A DNA stretch of 47,419 bases, taken from NCBI GenBank assembly GCA_902826755.1, contig CADEGB010000003.1, positions 1 to 47,419 of the forward strand. Direction: 5' to 3'. How positions within the stretch are numbered: position 1 is the first letter of the stretch; the number at the start of each line of letters is the position of its first letter. Source of the stretch: an uncultured Gemmatimonadota bacterium (GTDB lineage Bacteria; Gemmatimonadota; Gemmatimonadetes; Gemmatimonadales; GWC2-71-9). Positions 1-8,722 of this stretch are shown here, piece after piece. A program made the position numbers and the translations under genes. A model generated the notes under the pieces. It was given only the letters and a program-made list of their open reading frames with translations. It was not told the DNA's origin and ran no database searches.

Positions 1-1047
1 CAGGACCATCGAGGCCTGATCGCCAACCTCGCCTATGGGACCACCACCGTCTACGAAGTCTACGGCAACCACGTCAAAGACTTCCTGGTGTCCGATCTGC
101 AGCGCCAAGGCACCATCGCCGGATCGCGCCTGCTCTCGGTCGGCCCACCGATCTACGGCCTCCGGTATTACCGGTCCAAGCTGTTCCGCCCGATCCTCTC
201 CCAGGCCGACGCCGACGAAGTAGTCGGGTTCAACAAGGCCTACGGCGCCACCGCGCTCAAGGACTACGTCCAGTTCACGCGCTCCGCTCGGGTCCAGATG
301 TACGACGCGGCCCGCCGACTCGGCGTCAACGTCGTGGCCGAAACGGCGGTCGATTTCCAGATGAACTGGACGATGCTGATGGACGGGGTCTCCGGCCTCG
401 AACACACGGTCGGCCTCACGCCGCTCTACGACGATGTACTCAAGCTCTGGGGCGCCACCGGCGCCGGCAACACGCCGACCCTGATTGTCTCGTACAACGG
501 GCCGCAGGGCGAAGGGGCCTTCCACCAGGATGAGCGGCTCTGGGAGGATCCCAAGCTGACCCGGTTCTTCGCCCCCGAGGAACTGATCCGGCTCCGCCGC
601 CCGACCCGCTACTTCAACGACGACATCTACGCCGTCGACATGGCCCGGGAGCTCCGCAAGCTCGCCGCGGCCGGCGTGTCACTGCAGATCAGCGGACATG
701 GGCAGATGCACGGGCTCGACAAGCACTGGGAGATGGAGTTGCTGGCCCGGGGTGGCTTCCGCCCGGCGGAGATCATTGCCATCGCCACCATCAACAGCGC
801 CCGCTACCTTGGCCTCGATCGGCAACTCGGTTCGATCGAGGCGGGCAAACTGGCCGATCTGGTGATCCTCGACGCCAATCCGCTCGAGAACATCCGGAAT
901 ACCCGGCGGATCGATCAGGTCATGCTCAACGGCGTGCTCTATCGCGGCGCCGATGCCAGCCGGGTCTTCCCCGATCCCGAGGCACCCGGGAAGCAGTACC
1001 GGTTCCGCGGGGCGGCGAGCGGCACGGTCGGCATCGATCGACATTGA
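1..1047 (+). CDS. Amidohydrolase-family protein, C-terminal part (5' end lies outside the window)
   Basis: Frame 1 is open from base 1 (QDHRGLIANLAYGTT...) and runs into tracked ORF 88..1047. The C-terminal tail GKLADLVILDANPLENIRNTRRIDQVMLNGVLY is typical of metal-dependent amidohydrolases. GC3 is high. Confidence 0.8.
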   Translation, partial: QDHRGLIANLAYGTTTVYEVYGNHVKDFLVSDLQRQGTIAGSRLLSVGPPIYGLRYYRSKLFRPILSQADADEVVGFNKAYGATALKDYVQFTRSARVQMYDAARRLGVNVVAETAVDFQMNWTMLMDGVSGLEHTVGLTPLYDDVLKLWGATGAGNTPTLIVSYNGPQGEGAFHQDERLWEDPKLTRFFAPEELIRLRRPTRYFNDDIYAVDMARELRKLAAAGVSLQISGHGQMHGLDKHWEMELLARGGFRPAEIIAIATINSARYLGLDRQLGSIEAGKLADLVILDANPLENIRNTRRIDQVMLNGVLYRGADASRVFPDPEAPGKQYRFRGAASGTVGIDRH

Positions 1048-1071
1048 GCCTGGGCCCCGCCCGCGCCAGCC

Positions 1072-3804
1072 ATGCTCGTCGTATCGGTTCTGCTCGCCCT
1101 CCAGGCGCCTCCCGCCGGGAGTGCCGGCCCCGTCGACGCCATGGCCCGGGCCGTCGCTGCCGTCGAATCGGGGGCCGAGGCGGCGCTCGATCGCGGCTGG
1201 GCCGCGCGCCCCGACGACCCGGTGGCGCTCTTTGGCCGGGGGCTCATCGCGGTCCACACCTATCGGTATCCTGTCGCCGATCGGCTCTTTACCATCATGG
1301 CCCGCCGGGCCGCCGATCCGGTCCTTGGCGCCTGGGCCCGATACGGCCTGGCTCTGTCCGCCCGAACCCGCGGCAACATTGCGCTGGCCGACTCGCTCTA
1401 TCGGGACGCCTGGGAGCGAGCCCGCCGCGCCGGAAATGACCGGGCCGAATGGGAAGTGCTCCTGGCGTGGGTGGCGGTCCGCGATCGCCGGCCCGGACCC
1501 CCGCGCGCGAACGAACTGGTAGCTCGCGCCGACTCGCTCGGGATGGATGCCACCGAGCCGATCCACCGGTTCCGCTTCCGCTGCACGGCGGCGACCGTAC
1601 GGTCGCTGTTCGTGCCCGCGATCTATCACACCGCCGACAGCGCTCTTGCCGTGGGCAACCGCCGCCTGGCTGCTCGTTGCCTCTTCGTCGTCGCAACCCG
1701 GATTTCGCGCCAAGGCTACGGCGATTCGGCCGGGGTCTGGCTCGAACGGGTTGCCCGGTGGCAGCGAGAGACCCGCGATCGCTCGGCCCTCGCCACCACG
1801 CTCCAATGGGCTGGCTACAACCAGAGCAGCCGGGGCCGTTACGGGCAGGCCCGCCCGTTCCTCGAGGCGGCCATTCGCGAGGGTCAATCGAGCGGCAACC
1901 AGCAGGCCGTCCTCTGGGCCCGACACAATCTGGCCACCGTGGCGCTGGCCCTTGGCGCTCGTTCGGTCGCCGCGGCCGAGGCTCGGCTGGCCGATTCGCT
2001 CGCCACCGCCATCGGTGACGCGACCGCCGGCGCCGCGATCCTGGCCACCCTGACGCAACTTGCCCATCAGAGCGGAAATCGGAACGCGGCCCGGGCCGCT
2101 GCCCTCCGGTATCGCCGGACAGCCGGCAACAGGGAATTGCTCGCTGACGCCTTCCGGACCTTGGCCGAGCAGGCTGCCACCGACCGGCACTGGGCTACCG
2201 CGTCCACGTACCTGGATTCGGCGGCCTCCGCCGCGGCGGCGGTCCGGCTGACTGGCACGCTGATCAGCATCGAGGAGGACCGCGCTCGGCTGACCTTGCG
2301 TCAGGGGAACCCGACCGCGGCCCTCCGTCGGTACCGTGATCTCGACTCGCTGACCGGTTCGGTCAACTTCCAGCTCGAGCTCCGGGCCGCGCAGGCACTC
2401 GCGCAGCTGCGCGCGGGTGACGCGGCCGGCGCCGCCACCCTGCTCACGGCGGTCACCGATTCGCTCGACCGGTGGCGCGCCGGGCTCACCGACGATCAGT
2501 TGCGGCAGGCCGTCTTCGACCTGCGTGACCCGCTGGCCCGGACCTCACCACTGGCTCAAGCGATCGCCGAACTTGCCCTCGCCGGCCAGCCGGATCTCGC
2601 GCTCCGATTGGCCGAACGCCGGCTGGCTCGCTCACTTCTCGATCGGTTGGTCGTGGCCGATGTGGCAGGGTCGGGCGGCGGACGATTGCCGGCGGCAGGA
2701 TCGTCTGCCGCGGCGGCCAATCCGCTGGTGACGACCTTGCCGGCGCGATCGGCCGCCGTGGTGTTCGTGGCGCCCGGCGAGACCGTCGGGGCCATGCTGA
2801 TCGTCACCGCCCGCGGAGTCCGCGCGCTACCGCTGCCCCCGGGCGACTCGCTCGCGCCCCTGACCGGGCGGATCCAGGCGCTGCTCGAAGCCGGCGAACC
2901 CGCGACCGGACCCGCGCGCCAACTCGGTCGCCTGGTGATCGACCCGCTCCTGGCCGAGCTGCCCAGGGACGTTACCCGACTGGTGGTGGTGCCCGACGGC
3001 CCGCTCCACGCGGTGCCCGTCGTTGCCTGGCTCACCGGGTCCGGAGCACCGGTCGTCGACCGACTGACGCTGACGGTGGCCCCATCGCTCACGGTGCTGG
3101 CCCGGCTGGCGGAGCGGCCGCCGCCGGCCGGGACCGGGGTGCTTGCCTTCGGCGATCCGGTGTTCCCCTCGCTCGGGCGTCAGGATCCGGGTGCCGGCTG
3201 GTTCCGGATTCTCGCGGGTGACAATACGCTTCCCCGGCTCCCACGCTCCGGCGCCGAGGCCCGAGCGCTCGGACGGCTCGCCCCCGGCACCCGGCTCCGA
3301 CTTCGAGACGAGGCCAGCGAAGCCTGGCTGCGGACCGCCGATCTCACCGGGTTCCGTCTTCTCCATTTCGGGACCCACGCCTTGGTCGACGGCGAGACCG
3401 TGGCCCGGACCGCCCTGGCCCTGGCGCCGGGGGGCGGACACGACGGGTTCCTGACCGTGGCGGAACTCTCGTCGCTCCGGCTCGACGCCGATCTCGTCAC
3501 CCTCTCGTCCTGTCGATCGAGCCAGGGCCAATACCGGGGCAGTGAAGGGGTCCAGGGCCTGGCCAGCGCGGCGCTCCAGGCGGGCGCCCGAGCGGTCCTG
3601 GCGGCCAACTGGACCGTGTCCGACCAGTTTGCCGCCGAGTTCACGGGCCGGTTCTACCGGGAAGCAGCGGCCGGCCGCTCGGTGGACGAGGCCTTCGCGG
3701 CGACGATTCGGGGTCTCCGGGCCGCCGGTCGCCCGATTCGCGACTGGGCAGCCTTTACGTTGACCGGCCACGGAGCGCGTCACCTGCCGCTCCAACGCGA
3801 GTGA
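1072..3804 (+). CDS. TPR-like repeat / CHAT-domain (caspase-like) protease
   Basis: 910-aa ORF. The N-terminal ~600 aa are Ala/Leu/Arg-rich helical repeats. The C-terminal ~280 aa have CHAT hallmarks: the LPRLPRSGAEA motif, a His in LLHFGTHALVDG and a Cys in LVTLSSCRSSQG. The short hydrophobic N-terminus MLVVSVLLALQAPPAGSA may be a signal peptide. Confidence 0.85.
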   Translation: MLVVSVLLALQAPPAGSAGPVDAMARAVAAVESGAEAALDRGWAARPDDPVALFGRGLIAVHTYRYPVADRLFTIMARRAADPVLGAWARYGLALSARTRGNIALADSLYRDAWERARRAGNDRAEWEVLLAWVAVRDRRPGPPRANELVARADSLGMDATEPIHRFRFRCTAATVRSLFVPAIYHTADSALAVGNRRLAARCLFVVATRISRQGYGDSAGVWLERVARWQRETRDRSALATTLQWAGYNQSSRGRYGQARPFLEAAIREGQSSGNQQAVLWARHNLATVALALGARSVAAAEARLADSLATAIGDATAGAAILATLTQLAHQSGNRNAARAAALRYRRTAGNRELLADAFRTLAEQAATDRHWATASTYLDSAASAAAAVRLTGTLISIEEDRARLTLRQGNPTAALRRYRDLDSLTGSVNFQLELRAAQALAQLRAGDAAGAATLLTAVTDSLDRWRAGLTDDQLRQAVFDLRDPLARTSPLAQAIAELALAGQPDLALRLAERRLARSLLDRLVVADVAGSGGGRLPAAGSSAAAANPLVTTLPARSAAVVFVAPGETVGAMLIVTARGVRALPLPPGDSLAPLTGRIQALLEAGEPATGPARQLGRLVIDPLLAELPRDVTRLVVVPDGPLHAVPVVAWLTGSGAPVVDRLTLTVAPSLTVLARLAERPPPAGTGVLAFGDPVFPSLGRQDPGAGWFRILAGDNTLPRLPRSGAEARALGRLAPGTRLRLRDEASEAWLRTADLTGFRLLHFGTHALVDGETVARTALALAPGGGHDGFLTVAELSSLRLDADLVTLSSCRSSQGQYRGSEGVQGLASAALQAGARAVLAANWTVSDQFAAEFTGRFYREAAAGRSVDEAFAATIRGLRAAGRPIRDWAAFTLTGHGARHLPLQRE

Positions 3805-3869
3805 CCCGCGTCACGGCCGGGTCACGCCCCCCCGGCTACCTTCCGCCGATCTCGAAGGAGTTGGGTACC

Positions 3870-4799
3870 GTGGCCACCGTCCGCATCGTCGCGTTTCTCG
3901 TTCTTGCCCTGCTGGCCGGCTTGGGCCGCCCGGCGGCGGCTCAATTCAAGGGCGCCCGTTACCTCCGGGTGCCGGACTCGACCACCGTGCAGGTCGTCAA
4001 GCTCGCCGACGGGTCCACCGTGGTCGGCCGGTTCGTCGACGTGGCGGGCGACCCGCTCCGCTTCGAAACGTCGGGTGGCGTCATCACGATCCGCCGCGGT
4101 GATCTCCGAGATATCAAGGAAGCCCACCGCCGCGGACTCCGCTCCGGCGAATATTGGCCCGAAGATCCCAATCCGAGCCGGCTGTTCTTCGGACCGACCG
4201 CCCGAGTGCTTCCCGCCAAGGAAGCCGACTTTTCGAGTACCTACCTCTTTCTCCTCAGCGCCTCCGCCGGGGTCGGCGGAGTGGGTCAATTCGGCGGCGG
4301 CCTCTCGGTTCTGCCCTTCGAGGATTTCTCCGACAATCTGTTCTTCGTCACCGGCAAAGTGGCCATTCCGGTCAGTCCGAAGGCTCAGTTCGCGGTCGGG
4401 GGTCTGGCAGGTTGGGCCGGCGGGTTCGACGATGACATCGGTGGCGCCGGCATCGGCGCGGTGTACGGAGTGGGCACGTTCGGGACCAAGGACCACGCCT
4501 TCACGGGTGGCATCGCGCTGCCCTTCGGCGACGTCGACACCAAGCCGGTCTTCCTCCTCGGCGGCGAGACGCGGATCGGCAAGCGGGTCAAGCTGGTGAC
4601 CGAGAACTACTTCGTGGTCGAGGACGACCGGTATCAGATCAGCGGTGTCCAGTACGGAAGCCGGCACCTGACCGGCGTGTTCGGCTACGGGTTCCGGATC
4701 TTCGGCGACAAGATCGCGGTCGACCTGGCCTTCCTCAATTCCACCGAAGGCGGCGTGTTCCCCGGCATTCCCTACGTCGACTTCGTGGTCAGATTCTGA
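3870..4799 (+). CDS. Hypothetical outer-membrane beta-barrel protein
   Basis: GTG at 3870 lies 9 nt after GAAGGAG (3854-3860). It gives the Sec signal peptide MATVRIVAFLVLALLAGLGRPAAAQ. The body is Gly-rich with alternating beta-strand character and the C-terminus is ...VDFVVRF (terminal Phe, OMP-like). The tracked start at 3801 would add a 23-aa non-signal extension. Confidence 0.6.
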   Translation: MATVRIVAFLVLALLAGLGRPAAAQFKGARYLRVPDSTTVQVVKLADGSTVVGRFVDVAGDPLRFETSGGVITIRRGDLRDIKEAHRRGLRSGEYWPEDPNPSRLFFGPTARVLPAKEADFSSTYLFLLSASAGVGGVGQFGGGLSVLPFEDFSDNLFFVTGKVAIPVSPKAQFAVGGLAGWAGGFDDDIGGAGIGAVYGVGTFGTKDHAFTGGIALPFGDVDTKPVFLLGGETRIGKRVKLVTENYFVVEDDRYQISGVQYGSRHLTGVFGYGFRIFGDKIAVDLAFLNSTEGGVFPGIPYVDFVVRF

Positions 4800-4806
4800 G
4801 CTGGCC

Positions 4807-4841
4807 GCCGCTCGTTAGGCGCGGTACCCGATCCGGTCGTT
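4807..4841. repeat. Direct repeat, left copy (duplicate of the amidohydrolase 3' end)
   Basis: gccgctcgttaggcgcggtacccgatccgg[t]cgtt matches 6235..6269 at 34 of 35 positions. On the minus strand it reads ...RIGYRA-stop. Confidence 0.9.
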
Positions 4842-6234
4842 GGAGCTCCCCAGCCCGGGCGGCCGCGCCGGCGAGTTCATTTGATGCGGTAGCCCATCGT
4901 CGCCACGATCATCAGGTTGTGCTGGACGGCACCGGTGTGATACTTGCTCACCAGATTGCTCAACTCCACCTCCACCGGAAACTTGGAACCGGCCCTGACG
5001 GCCACGGCCAGTCGCCCTCCAATCGTCGTGTGGCTCGGACCGAAGGCGACTACCGCAGTGCAATAGAAATCAAGATCGCACACGTTGAGGCGCTCGCCCG
5101 GGCGGTGATAGCTTCGCAGCCATGGCCCCACTGACAGGCGGATTCCTCGGCTGCCCGGACGTTGAGCGAACGATGCCTCGGCGCCAATCGCCACGAGTCT
5201 CCCGGCTCGAACAGTCTGAATGCTGCAACTTCCGCTGCATCCGGGGAGGGGCGAGACCTCGATGCCGCGTGAGGTCGCGACCGCAGTCGCCACTCGAAGT
5301 CCGGTCCGGCCGCGCCCATTGGCTTCGATCGCGAGCGTGATCAGGGGGGAGGCAACCTGCCGACCCTCGGCGTATCCCACACGGCCGAGGTCAGTCAGGG
5401 GCGCCGATAGTCCAGCCCCAAGATGAATGGACACAGCTGGAGACCCTGTAGCCTCCTGACCTGTCAACGACCCATGATCAGAGCAAAGTACGAATATTGA
5501 CACGCAGATGCTTAGTCCGAGCTGCCTACCGGCGCGCGAGGCCTTGGCCCACCACAGATTCAGCGGCATCGCTAGCAGCCAGCGCAGGTTACGGCGACGG
5601 AAAGATTGTACGGTTTGATGTACGACTCGCCGGCCGAGCTCACTGTGACCTTGAGCTCCAGGCTGTATTCCGAGAAGCGCGGGATGGTCCTGTTGTCGCT
5701 GGCGCTGCCAACCAGCGTCAGGTAGCAAACGCGTCCAACTATGGAAACGAGCCGACGGCGGGGGGGGCTTGATCCGAACATGAGGACCCTCTCGATCAGG
5801 CGCCGCCGAGCTGAAGAAACTGTGGGCGACTAGCCCTCGGAACGAGACGGTCCCACGTTAGCAATCGGAGCCTGCCAACGCAACAAGGTGGTCCTTTGGC
5901 AGACCGCAACTGTCGAAAAGTCGGCCATGTCGGCCACCTCCATGCGGGTTGCCATCCGCCGTCACTTTTGAGCAGACCGGCGGGGTGGGAGCGCCTGGCG
6001 GCCCGGCGGGACAACCCGGCCAGGGTGTCCGCGTTCGCCCGCATACTGATCCCCCAGCGGTGCGTGCGAGTCCTTCAGCGAAGGCAATCTGTCCTTCGGC
6101 CAGCTCTACGCCCTCAAGGAGGCCGATGCGTTGACCCGTCAGCTACTCCGCCAAGGAAGGAATCAACTCGGTCGGGCTCGATAATCCGGAATCTCTTCTT
6201 GGTCGCTCTCTTCCGCCTCGCCGCGCGGTCGACG
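4842..6234. other. Low-GC insert bounded by the 35-bp direct repeats (possible remnant of an integrated element)
   Basis: Sampled 60-nt lines give about 47-63% G+C, against about 70% in the flanks. ORFs inside use many A/T-ending codons. No integrase or transposase-like ORF is visible. Confidence 0.4.
4877..5569 (-). CDS. Hypothetical protein, possibly a small beta-barrel OMP, with atypical codon usage
   Basis: This is the ATG at 5569 within tracked ORF 4877..5728. A hydrophobic N-terminus (LGLSICVSIFVLCS) is followed by alternating strand-like segments (AVSIHLGAGLS, GLRVATAVAT, RLAVAVRAG, NLMIVATMGYRI). GC3 is much lower than in neighbouring genes, so coding status is uncertain. Confidence 0.3.
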   Translation of the reverse strand: MPLNLWWAKASRAGRQLGLSICVSIFVLCSDHGSLTGQEATGSPAVSIHLGAGLSAPLTDLGRVGYAEGRQVASPLITLAIEANGRGRTGLRVATAVATSRGIEVSPLPGCSGSCSIQTVRAGRLVAIGAEASFAQRPGSRGIRLSVGPWLRSYHRPGERLNVCDLDFYCTAVVAFGPSHTTIGGRLAVAVRAGSKFPVEVELSNLVSKYHTGAVQHNLMIVATMGYRIK

Positions 6235-6269
6235 GCCGCTCGTTAGGCGCGGTACCCGATCCGGCCGTT
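6235..6269. repeat. Direct repeat, right copy (the functional 3' end of amidohydrolase 6243..7946)
   Basis: It matches 4807..4841 at 34 of 35 positions. It covers the last 8 sense codons, the TAA stop and 8 nt downstream of the minus-strand gene. Confidence 0.9.
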
Positions 6270-7946
6270 CACCATCGTGTGAGTCACCTTAAGCTGGACG
6301 AATTCCTCGGGCGGCAACTTCGCCAGCGGGCCGTCGAGTACCACCAGGTCGGCGGTCCGGTCCGGCTCCAGTGTGCCCTTCCAACCGTCGGCGTGGTCCT
6401 GCCAGGCCCCTGCGGCCGTAAAGGTCCGGAGCGCGTCGGCAAGCCCGATCCGCTGCGCCGGTCCCGACACGGTGCCGGATTGTTTGCCCTTCCGGAGCAG
6501 GCAGGTGGCCAGGCCCTGACGCCAGTCGCCGTCGGTAACCGGGGCATCCGAGCCAGTGGCCACGCGAACCCCGGCGTCGAGCGCGGTCCGGTACGGCCAC
6601 TCGTAGGCGGCCCGCTCCGGCCCGATGCTGGCCCGCTGGCCGTCGGCGATCAGGTACTTGATGGCGGCGTTGAAGTTGGCGCCGATGCCGTGCCGCGCCA
6701 TCCGCGCCAGCGTTGCCCGCGGAACCAGATCGGCGTGGATCAGGTAGTGCCGCGGATCGGGGCGGGGGTGCGCCGCCATGGCGGCCAGGTATCCGTCCAC
6801 CACGGCGTCGATGGCTCGATCGCCCGTGGCATGGGTGCCGATCTGCAGTCCGGCCTGATGCGCCAGCCGGATCATCTCGTGCAGCTCTCGCACCCGCTCG
6901 GCGTCATCGCCGCCAGCGATGACCATCGCGCCGGTACCGCCGTCCAGGTATGGCTCGTGCAGCCACGCGGTCTTGTTGTTGGTCGGGATGCCATCGGCGT
7001 AGAACTTGACGCCGGTTACCCGCAGCCAGCGCGGATCGACGCCGGCCAGTTCCTGTCGCCGTTCCAGCGTCTCCCTCACGCCCGCCACCGACCGGCCCGC
7101 GCCGAGCAGCACCGTGGCCCGGATGCCCAGTCGGCCGGCCCGCGCCCGCTCGGCCAGGATCGCCAGTGCACCCGGATCGACGCCCGGTTCGGTGTAACTG
7201 GTGATCCCGTGCTCCAGCATCCAGCCGATCGCGATTCCCAATGCCTGGTCCCGATCCGCCGCGCTCGCCGGCGGCACGACCCGCCGCACCAGCCCCGCAG
7301 CTCCCTCGAACAGCACCCCGGTCGGCTCGCCCCGCTCGTCCTTGACGATGATCCCGCCCTGGGGCGGAACGGTCTCCCGGGTAATTCCGGCCAGGGCCAA
7401 TGCCCGGCTGTTCACCCAGGTCGCGTGACCCGAGAACTCCGTCAGCATCACCGGATGGTCCGGCGTCGTCCGGTCGAGGTCTTCCCGGGTCGGGGCTCGA
7501 CCCTCGGCAAAGTAGGGCTGATCCCAGCCGCGCCCCTGGATCCACTCGCCTGGCCGGCGCGAGGCCGCCGCCTCGCCGACCACTCGGGCCACGTCCGCGA
7601 TCGACTTCACCGCCGGGTAACCGACGTCCACGCTGAAGGGCGGGCGGGTCAGTCCCCACCAGCCCGCGTGGAGGTGTGAGTCGTTGATTCCGGGAATGAC
7701 CGTCCGCCCTCGTAGATCGATCGCTTCGGTTCGGGAGTCGGCCAGGGCTCGAACCTCTCGATCGGTTCCGACCGCCAGGACGTTGCCGCCAGCGATCGCG
7801 ATCGCGCTGGTCAGTCGGTTGGCGGGGTCGAGGGTGTGGACCACGCCCGCATGGAGGATCAGGTCGGCGCGGTCGAACCGCGAAACGGAGAGCCGGCGGG
7901 GAAGGGCGAGCGCGGCGCCGGCCGCGAGAAAATGGCGACGGTGCAT
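6243..7946 (-). CDS. Amidohydrolase-3 (YtcJ-like) family protein, Tat-exported
   Basis: 567 aa. Twin-arginine signal MHRRHFLAAGAALALP, metal-site motif GINDSHLHAGWWG, and C-terminal ADLVVLDGPL...VNGRIGY. Confidence 0.85.
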   Translation of the reverse strand: MHRRHFLAAGAALALPRRLSVSRFDRADLILHAGVVHTLDPANRLTSAIAIAGGNVLAVGTDREVRALADSRTEAIDLRGRTVIPGINDSHLHAGWWGLTRPPFSVDVGYPAVKSIADVARVVGEAAASRRPGEWIQGRGWDQPYFAEGRAPTREDLDRTTPDHPVMLTEFSGHATWVNSRALALAGITRETVPPQGGIIVKDERGEPTGVLFEGAAGLVRRVVPPASAADRDQALGIAIGWMLEHGITSYTEPGVDPGALAILAERARAGRLGIRATVLLGAGRSVAGVRETLERRQELAGVDPRWLRVTGVKFYADGIPTNNKTAWLHEPYLDGGTGAMVIAGGDDAERVRELHEMIRLAHQAGLQIGTHATGDRAIDAVVDGYLAAMAAHPRPDPRHYLIHADLVPRATLARMARHGIGANFNAAIKYLIADGQRASIGPERAAYEWPYRTALDAGVRVATGSDAPVTDGDWRQGLATCLLRKGKQSGTVSGPAQRIGLADALRTFTAAGAWQDHADGWKGTLEPDRTADLVVLDGPLAKLPPEEFVQLKVTHTMVNGRIGYRA

Positions 7947-7993
7947 TCGCGGAGTATCGCACCGTCTGGACGAATCCGCGATGGTCGGGGTGT

Positions 7994-8014
7994 GGGCCGG
8001 CCACCGGCCGGCCC
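7994..8014 (-). terminator. GC hairpin downstream of the lipoprotein gene
   Basis: GGGCCGGCC-acc-GGCCGGCCC lies 19 nt past the stop at 8033. There is no clear U-tract. Confidence 0.3.
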
Positions 8015-8032
8015 ATCCCGGGTCCGCGTCGG

Positions 8033-8494
8033 CTACTTGGACGTGCAGGTCGTGGTCGCCGTGGCGACCACGGCACCGGTCCCATCGAGGATCTCACCGG
8101 TCACCGTCCCGGCGATGAAGTTCGCCGGGATCGCGACGGCCCCCTCGGCGATATCCCCCGAATCGGAGTCGAAGTCGAACTCGGCCTCGCCGCTGATGGC
8201 GGCCTTGGCGGCGGCGGTCGCCACGTTGGCCCCGCTCTTGGCCCGCGCCGAGAAAGTCCCGGTGGCGGGGCGGAGGTTCCGCCCGTCGACCGAAATCTTC
8301 GAACGGTTGGAGCGGACCTCGCACCGGAGTCGCACCGAGGCGGTTCCAGTGGTCGAGGTGGTCCCACCCGTCGTGACCGTGCCGTTCCGCGTGGCCGGAT
8401 CGTCGCTCGGGTCGGTGGCGGCACCGGCCTGGCAGGCACCGAGGAGCGCGGTGGTGGCCGCGACGGAGAGGAGGGTGGGGATGAAGGGGCGCAT
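8033..8494 (-). CDS. Hypothetical lipoprotein
   Basis: The internal ATG at 8494 gives MRPFIPTLLSVAATTALLGAC with lipobox LLGAC. The mature part is Thr/Gly/Ala-rich with two Cys. Confidence 0.6.
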   Translation of the reverse strand: MRPFIPTLLSVAATTALLGACQAGAATDPSDDPATRNGTVTTGGTTSTTGTASVRLRCEVRSNRSKISVDGRNLRPATGTFSARAKSGANVATAAAKAAISGEAEFDFDSDSGDIAEGAVAIPANFIAGTVTGEILDGTGAVVATATTTCTSK

Positions 8495-8722
8495 CGGTGT
8501 CGGTCCTTGTCGTCGGTTGAGTGAGTGCCTTCGGTTGCGACTCGAGGAACGCACGGTCGGTGCCGCTGGGTTGGTGCTCCCTAAGTCCCGTGACGACAAC
8601 GATATTCGAACGGAGAAGACGTTAGGTCTCGGATCGTTTCGGTCCAGGATGTAACGATTCGTGGCACCGATCTCCTGGAGGAGGATCGGAACGAGGATGA
8701 CTCCGTCGTGACCGTGGCGGTG

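Noticed and set aside
679-2190. Long antisense or alternative-frame ORFs throughout the track. Examples: 679..2190 -, the upstream 540 codons of 13372..15303 -, 15569..17173 -, 16875..18806 -, 18722..20425 -, 21467..23023 +, 22482..24365 -, 25101..26465 -, 26595..28136 -, 32051..34627 -, 39099..40715 +, 44807..46135 -.
   Set aside because: They overlap genes with clear family motifs. They translate to Arg/Gly/Pro/Ala-rich low-complexity sequence. They are the expected stop-codon-poor artefacts of about 70% G+C DNA.
1072-3804. The CHAT protease as part of a type III-E CRISPR (Craspase-like) or other known defence system.
   Set aside because: No CRISPR repeats, cas genes, nucleases, NTPases or toxin-like partners are visible anywhere in the window.
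3801-3869. Tracked starts that extend genes upstream: GTG 3801, 8599, 10026, 15545, 23030, 23247, 30545, 32047, 42880, 43589.
   Set aside because: Internal starts give canonical signal peptides and/or sit at proper spacing from Shine-Dalgarno sequences. The extensions overlap neighbouring genes or add Arg/Pro-rich junk.
5729-6234. ORFs 5796..6044 - and 5896..6246 + inside the low-GC insert, and the G8 run at 5760-5767 as a phase-variation tract.
   Set aside because: The translations are low-complexity with no recognisable motif, and codon usage fits neither strand. G/C runs of 7-8 also occur inside ordinary CDS here (for example 15253-15260), so the tract is not exceptional.
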